From Lytechinus pictus (Eukaryota): 64,000 nucleotides of DNA. Shown here piece after piece: positions 24,521 through 33,741 of the stretch. Under the pieces are notes generated by a model that ran no database searches, was not told the origin of the DNA, and saw only the letters and a program-made list of their open reading frames with translations. The position numbers and the translations under genes were made by a program. Location of the stretch: positions 12,960,001-13,024,000 of the forward strand of contig NC_087250.1 in the NCBI RefSeq assembly GCF_037042905.1, in the 5' to 3' direction. Numbering within the stretch: position 1 is the first letter of the stretch; each line of letters begins with the position of its first letter.

Positions 24521-25773
24521 AATGCTACTGTGGATACGCCATTACAGACTACGATCGCCACGGCAATCTGCCTCTAGATGACTGCAGAGTGTTCAGATGT
24601 CCTGGAAACCAGGATGAATATTGTGGTGGATATGATGCACTTCTTGTGTACAATAGTAAGTTAGTCAATACTCATTTTGTAATTGTTCTGCTCGTTAAAA
24701 CACCTTTACTATTAATATTATTGGTATGACTATCATTATTATTATTATTATTATCGCTAGTATTGTTAATATTATCATTATTATATCATCATTATTATTG
24801 TTTTTATTATTAGACCTATTATTATTATTACTTATTCTCTTAGGCAAATAAATCATAGAACAATTTAATAATTGGATGTATAAGTAGGGATAAAAGTTGA
24901 CTGTCCGAATCTATGGTGATTTCTTTTCAGTAACAGTGATGACGACATCACAAAAAACGTCTACGGAGTTATCATCCACTTCATCTGGCTCGTCTACTCT
25001 AAGAACACCTATTACAAATTCAACAGGTAACAAATGTACATGTAATAAAGGTGACCAACATGACTAAATGACATATGAATAGCTTTGTGCGGCGGGCCCA
25101 TGATCTTTGGCAGCAGCAACCCTAAATGAATGAAAAATTAAATGAAATTTAAATGAAACTTACACGATTTTTACCCTCTTTTGGTTTGTTTTGTCTATTA
25201 TCTATTTCTTGTTGTTTTTTGCAAGGAAATTATTCACACCTTGCCACTCTCTTCCCGGTGCCAAAAGAGATGGCGCCACAAAAATTAATGAATAGTGGGA
25301 AAATGAAGCATTAATATAAAGGAAAAGGAAGCAATATTGAGAAGGGTTATGTGATAAAGTACTAATTTTCGTGACTTTTGCAATAAGAACAAAAAAAAAA
25401 CCTTGAAAAATAAACCTGTGGCGTTCTTGATGAAAATAATAAAACCAGTTTGAAATAGGAAGTTCAATATTAAACCTGAATAACTTGATGTCAAATTTTT
25501 TTCAAGTTCATTTCGAATTTATCTTGAAATTTATCATGTCGATTTTAATTACACACATTCTTTTTAGACCCCCCCTTTCTTTGTTCATATGAATCTGGAA
25601 AAATTAATTATCTCACCCAACTATAAACAGTTATAAACCTATGATAGCTCACTTTGAACTCTATATTATTCAATTCAAATATCATTGTAGGTGCAGTATA
25701 AAGCATGACCAGTGGCAGCTTTCATTCAAATCAATATTCAAACTTTGACATGTGAATGCATTTTATCATTCAG

Positions 25774-26417
25774 ACATGCTACACGGGGGAGGAACTCCTC
25801 GACATTCACGGAATCGAACACGAAGCTAGTATCACGGAGTCCCAGTACGCAGCCCTGTGTCCATCCCTAGTCCAGCAGATCCTCTCCGGTTCCTGCAGCA
25901 GTGATGAACATAATGACCCAACTGATGCGATTACAAACGCCGAGAGTACGTGATATCAACAATTATAATTATAAAAACAAAAGATATTATTAAAATACTG
26001 TAGTACTGTCGATGATAATGATGATTACGATGATGATGACGATATTGATGACGATGGTGAAGATGATGACGATGATGTGATGATGACGATGATGATGAAG
26101 ATGGTGATAACGATGATGTTGATGATGATGATGATGATGATGATAATAATGATGATGATCAGTGCTAAAAGTAATAGTACTATCCGGTGTCTGCAACATT
26201 GATGAACACACCTTTCAACCTTGTCCTTATTGTGTGTTCTTTTTTAGTTTGGGGCTATGGTAACCTGGTCGTCCTCATCATCAGTCTCCTCGCTGTTTTC
26301 GGGGCTATTTTTGTTCCATGCATGTCCGGTTTCGTGTACGAGGCTGTTATTCAGACAATGATGGCGCTCGCCGTAGCAACGTTGACAGGGGATGCCTTGT
26401 TACATCTAATACCGCAG
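25774..26417 (+). CDS. Second LIV-1-type ZIP (SLC39A) paralog: PAL-motif ectodomain exon (25774-25945) and TM1-TM2 exon (26248-26417); the remainder is expected beyond the window
   Basis: TCYTGEELLDIHGI..ITESQYAALCPSLVQQILSGSC.. is the CPALLxQ-type motif. It splices in frame to IWGYGNLVVLIISLLAVFG..MALAVATLTGDALLHLIPQ. Confidence 0.88.
26010..26160. repeat. (GAT)n microsatellite, intronic
   Basis: Directly visible. Confidence 0.9.
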
Positions 26418-26451
26418 GTAACCATTCTCTCAATATAATGCAAAGGAGCTT

Positions 26452-26664
26452 GGGGGTGTTTCACAGAGATTTAAGTATGACTTAGATTCGCACTTAAATG
26501 TGTAGTTGCATGCGGTATAAAAGGCATGACCGCATTGGTCAGATCATGCCAAGAGGACGCGCACTACTGCGATTTCATCAATAAGATCGCACGTTGCATA
26601 TCATGCACGCGTCGGTATTTAGGTACGACTCTAAGTCATATTCAAATATTTTTGAAACACCCCC
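26452..26664. mobile_element. Harbinger-type MITE (relative at about 2045-2205), abutting a second MITE at 26672-26828
   Basis: GGGGGTGTTTCACAGAGATTT..TATGACTTAGA / TCTAAGTCATATTCAAATATTTTTGAAACACCCCC. Confidence 0.65.
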
Positions 26665-26995
26665 AGATCTGGGGGGCGTTTCATGAAAGGACTTGTCGGA
26701 CGTTTTATCCGACAAGTCCCATTTTATCCGACAGTTACCATAGGAACAGTGCCTCTCAGCCAATCAAAATCATGGAAAGATGTCAGATCTGACAACTTGT
26801 CGGATGAAAATATTGATGAAACGCTCCCCAGGTCCCTATTCACACTCTTCCCGGGGTGATACAAGGGATTGACCAATTCCTTTGGCGTGAATTGTGCATT
26901 ATTGTAGAGTGCATTGTGGCATCTGGAAACAACTGAGCATCTTTTGATACACTTTCGCATCCTACTCTTTGGAAAAATTTGTGATGCCGAAAAAA

Positions 26996-27067
26996 TGTCC
27001 CTGCCGGGAATCGAACCCGGGCCCCCAGCTTTGAGCGCCGGTGCCTTAACCACTACACCACAGAGAT
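26996..27067 (-). tRNA. tRNA-like gene or pseudogene, 72 nt, anticodon UCA, followed by a T6 Pol III terminator
   Basis: Minus strand: ATCTCTG TG GTGT AGTGGTTA AGGC A CCGGC GCTCAAA GCTGG GGGC CCGGG TTCGATT CCCGG CAGGGAC A TTTTTT. Mismatches at pair 1:72 and in the D stem; C33 and G32 are non-canonical. Confidence 0.6.
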
Positions 27068-27194
27068 GGGTTAGTGGCTAGGGCGACCCCGATCCGATTA
27101 ACCGTCATATAGACAGATTTTCGACAACACCAATTATAATTTCCTTTGTCTATCTGACGGTCAATCGGATCGGGGTCGCCCTAGCCACTAACCT

Positions 27195-27258
27195 GTCTCT
27201 GTGGTCTAGTGGTTAAGGCACCGGCGTTCAAAGCTGGGGGCCCGGGTTCGATTCCCGG
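27195..27258 (+). tRNA. tRNA-like gene, anticodon UCA (27228-27230), truncated after the T arm by the LTR insertion
   Basis: GTCTCTG TG GTCT AGTGGTTA AGGC A CCGGC GTTCAAA GCTGG GGGC CCGGG TTCGATT CCCGG | TGTCACA. The D, anticodon and T stems all pair, and A and B boxes are intact. Confidence 0.65.
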
Positions 27259-28757
27259 TGTCACATTGAAAATGCATTTATTTTATTTTATGTATTTTCC
27301 TCAGCAAAGCTTGCTTATTTTATCTAAGTTTCACTCCTCAGCCAGGTTGCTAAGAGACAAGGAGTAGATCTTATGCAAGAGTGAGTAGGAGATGAAAGAA
27401 GTGTGTGTGAGATTCTTTTTGCTAGAATTGAATTGAGATGATTTGCATATCTATTGTGTGTTGTGTCCAGGGTGGTAGACTTGTATAGATCCCTTTTAGT
27501 GAGCTCAGTGAGCCTTTTCTTTTTAACAGCTGCTTAAGATACTTTTGGGGGAATTGTAAAATTGGGAGGAGACCCTAGTAGCTTTCCACTAGTTTTCTGG
27601 CATTGCATCTTGGAGACTTTGTGTAACACACACCTATGCAATTTTGGGGCAGTCGCCATTTTAGCTGCCATCTTGATAATTTTTGAATTTCAACTTTAAA
27701 CAGAAAAGCAGCCTTTCTTGTTTGATCTTGGCTGGAACTTTTAGATACCTGTATGAGGTCAGATTTAGCTGGATTTATGCTGTTATTTTTATGCCTGTAT
27801 TGAAGAAGCCATCGATGGTTCTAAGATCGGGATATATTCCAAGACCGGATAATTTCCAGGATCGGCACATTTCCCAAGACCGGGTCGCTTTGAAGACTGG
27901 TGAATTGTTTTAAGCTGAACATTATAAAGTGCTGACTCTGAAGGTTTTCGGTCAACATGTCACCTGACAGATAAGTTGTAAATAGCAGTGAGAGAGAAAG
28001 CAGGAGACGTTTCGTTAAATTTGAAACTAGCTTTCTAAATACCAGGAAGTCTTGCAAATTGACATTTCAGAAAATAGACATTGATTATGAAGATGACCGA
28101 ACATGAACAGTTTGATAGTGAGAAGAGTTTATTCGAATTTGAATCCGTGTAAGATATGATGTCGATTAACAGAGTTTTGAGCTAGAATTTAGGTGCATAA
28201 TTTTTGTAAGCTCAAGTTCAGGAGTTAGAAGGATTTTGAAATGTAATCACAAAAATTTTGTGATAAGAGATACAAAGTGGTGAGAATTGAATTCTATGAC
28301 GGTGGATTAATGCAGGATCCTTTCATAGGAATTTTTGGTAGTCGTTATTGTGAAAACAAAATGAAACAAAGTTAAAGGTTCAATTGATATTTTTGGAGGT
28401 AATTTTGCAGGTGAAAATGTAATACACTGAACGTTGAAGTTGGTGATTAGATCAGTGCAGGATCTCTTCAGTTATATTGGAGTTAGAGACAGATCGAGAG
28501 TTTAATGTTATAGCTTGGATCAATGCAGGATCCTTTGATTGTAAACTTGTGAATTAAGAGTACTTTTCAGAATACTTTATCATTTAGAGGTGTTACAGTT
28601 TTATTTCCCTTTTAAAATTCATACGTTGGACAATATTGAACTTCGAAGAGAGATGTTTTGATATTGGAGTTTTGTATACTGAAAAAAAAATTGTAAATTG
28701 TGATTTGGTACACATTGAGTTTTACTTGAATTTTATTTAAGGGCCGCCCATGTGACA
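27259..28757 (+). repeat. 5' LTR (1499 bp)
   Basis: Ends are TGTCACA...TGTGACA (7-bp inverted repeat). The first 279 bp recur at 63410-63688, and the PBS follows. Confidence 0.93.
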
Positions 28758-28761
28758 TTTC

Positions 28762-28777
28762 TGGGGGCTTGTCCGGG
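28762..28777 (+). promoter_or_regulatory. Primer-binding site complementary to the tRNA-Pro 3' end
   Basis: TGGGGGCTTGTCCGGG versus the canonical Pro PBS TGGGGGCTCGTCCGGG; 4 nt after the LTR end. Confidence 0.88.
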
Positions 28778-28989
28778 TGAGGTTTTTCTTAGGTAATTTA
28801 TAAGCCCTCTCGCAGTCACATGGGTATATTGATTAGAAATTAAGAAACAAAACAACTCAAGACAATAACAATGGAGTTATTTCTTTAATGCAGATGTTTG
28901 TAAATATATATGTGTAAATAGTAATGTACATTTGACCTCATTTGGGTGAAGTAGGTTTTTGCAAATTGATAGAGACCCTATTTTCAAAC

Positions 28990-30021
28990 ATGGATTTAGC
29001 AAGTCTTATGGCAGCTAGTAAAGAGTTTGGGTTAACTGGTGAGGCTCTTAAAATTTTTGTATCAGAGGAACAGAAAAAGCAAAGAGATGAGAGAGCTGAG
29101 TTGTTGGAGTTAAAGAAACAAGAAAAAGAAACGGCAGAAATACAGCTAGAAATAGAGCGTGAAAATAATGTCAAAGGTGAATCAAAATCTGTAGGCCAGA
29201 AAGCCCGCACTCCCACACTACCACCATTTCATGAGGACAAAGATAATATTGATGCTTACTTGCAGCGATTTGAGCGTTATGCAGAAACCCAAAATTGGCC
29301 GCGCACTGATTGGGCAATTAATCTAAGCGCTTTGCTCACAGGAAAAGCTCTTGATGTTCATTCTAGATTAACCAGTGACGAAGCTAAAGATTATAAGACT
29401 TTGAAAACTGCTCTTTTGAAAGCTTTTCAACTTACCTCAGAAGGATTTCGTTCAAAGTTTTATACAGGTAAACCAGTTAATGGGGAAACCGCATCACAAT
29501 ATTCAAACAGATTAGAGAACTATCTTAACAGATGGATTGAACTCTCAGGCGTCAAGCATGATTTTGATGACCTAAAGGATCTTCTTCTTCGAGAGCATTT
29601 CATCAACGGATGCCATCGTGACTTGTCAATCTTCCTACGAGAACGACAGCCAAAGACTACAAAGGATGCCATGAAATCCACAGAGCAATACCTAGACGCA
29701 CGAGGAGGTGTATTCAGAGCACCACCGCCACAGAGGAACATCCCTACAGGACAAACACAGCGAATCAATACAAGACATGAAGGTAAAACAAATACCCCTC
29801 AAATACATTCTAAGTCATTCCCAAAGACATGCTACAACTGTCATCAAGAAGGACACATTTCTCGTAACTGTCCAAAACAATCACAAAAACCACAAATGAC
29901 CAAGACTTGTTTTATCTGTCACAGGCCAGGACACTTTGCTAACTCATGTCCTTTCTCTCCAGTTAAATCTGCAGGATTCGTGATCCCGGAAGAACCAGAG
30001 GAATCAGAGGACAGACCTTAA
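28990..30021 (+). CDS. gag: Gag (Gmr1-type capsid with SCAN-related C-terminal region and two CCHC zinc knuckles)
   Basis: ..LPPFHEDKDNIDAYLQRFERYA..W..LSALLTGKA..LLREHFINGC..FLRERQPKT..; CYNCHQEGHISRNC and CFICHRPGHFANSC. Confidence 0.9.
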   Translation: MDLASLMAASKEFGLTGEALKIFVSEEQKKQRDERAELLELKKQEKETAEIQLEIERENNVKGESKSVGQKARTPTLPPFHEDKDNIDAYLQRFERYAETQNWPRTDWAINLSALLTGKALDVHSRLTSDEAKDYKTLKTALLKAFQLTSEGFRSKFYTGKPVNGETASQYSNRLENYLNRWIELSGVKHDFDDLKDLLLREHFINGCHRDLSIFLRERQPKTTKDAMKSTEQYLDARGGVFRAPPPQRNIPTGQTQRINTRHEGKTNTPQIHSKSFPKTCYNCHQEGHISRNCPKQSQKPQMTKTCFICHRPGHFANSCPFSPVKSAGFVIPEEPEESEDRP

Positions 30022-30034
30022 CCGGAAGCTGAAC

Positions 30035-30543
30035 CCCGGGGGGGGGGGCACTCAGTATATAATGCATAGTGGGTATGTGCCGCGGAGGGGACCCCCATTT
30101 TCACACTCAAATTTTCGTTCCGAGGCATAGCATTTTTGTCTTATCGAGACAAAAAACAAAGAAAGCCGCTCCAAGGCATAGCACTTTGTTCTTATCGAGA
30201 AAAAAAAAAAAGAAATCCGCTCCAAAGCTTCGCATATTTTTCGTTACGCCGTTCCGGTCGCATTGATCTGCTGCAATTTTGGTGAAAAGCGGCCGCCGAG
30301 CGCTGTCCGACCATCGGAGGCCGCGTATAGCTGCATCATGCACGCATGCCCGTTCCATAGGGGTACATACGCACGTACTCGCACGCTGGCGATCCGTTCC
30401 AAGGACCCCCGTTTTCACAAAATTGTAGTTCCGAAGCCCGTTCCCAGGACCCTCCTTTTTACAATAAGCCCGCTCCAAGGCCCCCGTTTTTTGTCTCGCC
30501 CGCGGCACACCCCTACCACTTTTTTGGTCGAGTGCCCCCCCCG
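30035..30543. mobile_element. 509-bp non-autonomous DNA element (CCCGGGGG..GCACTC terminus) inserted between gag and protease
   Basis: TIRs CGGGGGGGGGGGCACTC / GAGTGCCCCCCCCG; perfect 8-bp TSD AGCTGAAC (30027-30034, 30544-30551). Confidence 0.85.
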
Positions 30544-33500
30544 AGCTGAACCTACTTATTTACAATCTGATAACCCTGGGTCTATCTCCCATAACCCATG
30601 TCAATGTCTCTCTTGTAATAGTACACAGGTCAGACTTGAAGCTTCATGCATAATGGTCAGAATGCCACACGATACCCCTCACCTTGAATCTATGACAGAT
30701 CATGGCAAATTTGGTTATGATCACAGTTTGCCCCTAATGAGTGCAGCATGCTCAAATGAAAATTTTGTCAAACGTATGCCTGTTACCAAGGGACTTGTAA
30801 ATAACAATGTCATTTCCGTTCTCAGAGACAGCGGATCCAGTGGTATCATCATCAAACAAGATCTTGTAAAACAAAGTCAAATGACAAGTGAAGTTTGTAC
30901 TTGTTTGCTAATTGATCAATCAATTAGAACTCTCCCCATTGCAGTGATCGATATCAATACACCTTTCTATGTAGGTAAAGTTCGTGCTGTATGTATGAAA
31001 ACTCCTCTCTATGACCTTATCTTAGGAAATATTCCAGGTGTGAGACCAGCAGAGCAACCAGATCCACAATGGACACTACCAGAGACCGTCATTCCAGTCT
31101 GCGCAGTACAGACAAGAGCACAAGTCCAACGAGAAGGCAAGCCATTTCGTCCACTCAAGACTCCACATCCAATGGAAGAAGTCGTCACCCCATCAGTTCT
31201 CAAGGAAACACAACAGAAGGATGAGACTCTACATCGACTGAGAGAACTGGCTGATGCTGGAACAGAGAAAGTAAGTCGTCATCGTAATAAGTCTTCCTTC
31301 TTCTATAAAGACGGGATTCTATACAGATCCTTCCTTTCTTCCAATGATTCAGATACAGTAATCACACAAGTTGTTGTTCCAAAACAATACCGTAAGCAAG
31401 TAATGCAGACAGCTCATGAGAATCTTCTAGGAGGCCACCAAGGAGCAAAGAAAACCACATAAAAAATTCTTACCAATTTCTTCTGGCCCGGTATGAATTC
31501 TGACATTATCCGATATGTCTGATCATGTGACATATGTCAACGCACTTTAGCTAGAGGCAGAGTAACAAAGGTCCCATTAGGAAAGATGCCAATCATTGAA
31601 GTCCCCTTTGAACGTATAGCTATAGATATCGTTGGACCAATACATCCCATGACAGAAAACAAAAATCGTTACATTCTCACAATTGTTGATTATGCCACTA
31701 GGTATCCTGAGGCGATTCCACTCCCTAGCATCGAAACAGAGAGGGTAAGCGGAGGCTCTTGTAAGCGTCTAAACCAGGGTCGGGATTCCAAAGGAAATGC
31801 TGACAGATCAAGGAACACAATTTACATCGGATCTCATGAAAGAAGTAAGCAAGCTACTGTCTATACGCCACTTCACGACCTCGCCATATCACCCAGCTGC
31901 AAACGGTCTTGTTGAAAGATTCAATGGAAGCTTAAAGCAGATGCTGAAACGTATGTGTGCCGAGAACCCAAAGGACTGGGACAGGTATATCACCCCACTT
32001 CTATTTGCAGTCAGAGAGGCACCTCAGGAAAGCATGGGGTTTTCCCCATTTGAACTTCTCTACGGAAGGAAAGTTCGTGGACCCCTCGACATCCTCAAAG
32101 AACTCTGGACAGGTGAAGATGAGACAGCCGAAACCAAGTCTACCTACCACTATATCTTGGATCTTCGGAACAGAATCGACGAGACTTGTCGCAACGCTCA
32201 TACTCAACTACAGAAATCTTCAGAGAGATACGCAAGGTACTACAATCAGAAAGCCAAACACAGAGAATTCCAAGTTGGAGACAGAGTACTCCTTCTACTG
32301 CCAACAGACCGAAACAAGCTTCTTCTGCAATGGAAGGGCCCTTTTGAAGTTGTCTCCAAAGTAAGCGTAACGGACTACAGAATCGATTTGAATGGTAAAC
32401 CAAAGGTATTCCACATAAATCTCCTAAAGAAATATCATGACAGAAATAACACATCTCCTTCTCTTTCAGGTACTGAGACAATTTGCTCCGCAGTGGTTGA
32501 ATGCGAGGATAATGCCGAAGATGAAGACACACCATCTCCAACCCAACTAACAAACAGATCTCTCTTGCAGCCATTTCTATTACAGGCTAAGGAATCACTT
32601 GCTGATGTTACCATTAATCCAGATCTTTCTCCCTCACAGAAAGAACAGGTCAATGCACTTCTCAACAACTACAAAGACGTCATGTCAGATCTGCCGAATC
32701 GCACATCACTTGGCGAACACAACATCTTACTCGGTGAAGTCGGTGATCACAAACAGTTAAAGAGTAAACCTTACCCTATTCCTCATTCTCTTAGGGACAC
32801 TTTCAGAGATGAAGTGAAGACCATGCTGTCTATGGGGGTTATAGAACCTTCAGATAGCCCCATAGCTTCCCCAATTGTCTTAGTCAAAAAGCCTGATGGT
32901 AGTAACCGTTTTTGCGTGGATTATCGGAAGCTCAACAAGGTCACTGTATTCGACGCTGAACCCATACCCGATCAAGATGAATTATTCACAAAAGTCGCAC
33001 ATGCCAAATACTTTACTAAGATAGACTTAAGTAAAGGCTATTGGCAAGTTCCTATGTCACACAAATCAAAACCACTAACTGCCTTTCTCACTCCTGATGG
33101 CCTTTTTCAGTTTACAGTCATGCCCTTCGGCTTGGTGAATGCGCCTGCCTCCTTCAGCCGAATGATGAGAAGACTACTAAAAGGACTTGATGGAGCTGTA
33201 AACTATATAGACGATATCCTGATACATTCAACCACGTGGGATCAGCATCTTGCCACACTCACCGAGTTGCTTAGCAGGCTACGAGCAGCAAAACTGACAG
33301 CCAGACCCAGTAAATGCTTCGTGGGACAATCGAAGGTCGAATTTCTGGGACACGTAATCGAAGATGGAACAGTAAGTCCTCGACCAGAGAAACTCAAGGC
33401 ATCCAAGAAATCAGCAGACCTCAAACCAAACGAGAACTTCGATCATTTCTCGGCATGACCAACTACTATAGGAAGTTCATACCCAACTATTCTGCCATTT

Positions 33501-33741
33501 CCGCTCCACTGACAGAAAGGACTCGGAAAGATGAACCAAATCAAATCAGATGGGAAACCAATCAGGAACAGGCCTTCAAAACACTCAAAGACAAACTAAC
33601 CAATCCACCCATCCTTCATCTACCAGACTTGTCAACAGATTTCATACTCAGAACGGATGCATCAAATGTTGGAATTGGAGCAGTCCTGCTTCAGACACAC
33701 GAAGAGGAACGATTCCCAGTAGCATATGCAAGTCGTAAGTT
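30544..33741 (+). pseudogene. pol: pol, 5' part: protease - integrase - reverse transcriptase - start of RNase H, with stops and frameshifts
   Basis: Protease VLRDSGSS; integrase HHCC (AHENLLGGHQG..SCDICQR), IAIDIVGP, LTDQGTQF, NGLVERFN, WKGPF; RT SPIVLVKKPDGSNRFCVDYRKLN, YIDDIL; RNase H LRTDASNVGIGAVL..YASRK. Stops at about 31460 and 31520; frameshifts near 31750 and 33400. Confidence 0.93.

Larger units (their letters stand above)
22254..25026 (+). pseudogene. Signal peptide + WSC domain + Ser/Thr-rich linker; exons 22254-22338, 23865-24655 (interrupted at 24035-24520), 24931-25026; disrupted allele
   Basis: The phase-1 exons join as MDTNSVHRFLLWVLWILVSTSLVDGQTE|DERFIGCFRDNAGDRVLP..TVNKCIDQCIVLSMTYAGVIYQAECYCG..DCRVFRCPGNQDEYCGGYDALLVYN|ITVMTTSQKTSTELSSTSSGSSTLRTPITNST. 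The pattern IGCFxD..C..C..YAG..ECYCG..C..CPG..CGG..VY is the WSC pattern. The MITE insertion gives an in-frame TAA at 24047. Confidence 0.85.

Noticed and set aside
25990..26211. His-rich ORF (HHHYYHHHHHH) next to a zinc transporter
   Set aside because: It is antisense, intronic and just the translation of a (GAT)n microsatellite; the ZIP exons splice across it in frame.
27195..27258. Selenocysteine tRNA gene
   Set aside because: It has a UCA anticodon, but a 7-bp acceptor, 4-bp D stem and 4-nt variable loop; eukaryotic tRNA-Sec has a 9/4 fold, a 6-bp D stem and a long variable arm.
30019..30021. Programmed read-through stop between gag and pol
   Set aside because: Gag and protease are in frame after MITE removal, but the element has several other stops and frameshifts, so a nonsense mutation is the simpler explanation; intact copies are needed to decide.
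30263..30543. N-terminal part of the 399-aa ORF as real Pol sequence
   Set aside because: It lies within the TSD-bounded 509-bp insertion; true Pol resumes at AEPTYLQ.
31518..31523. UCA tRNA-like gene acting as a dedicated suppressor for the TGA in integrase
   Set aside because: The TGA fits CpG decay of CGA (YVRSC), and the other lesions are TAA stops and frameshifts that a UGA suppressor could not rescue.
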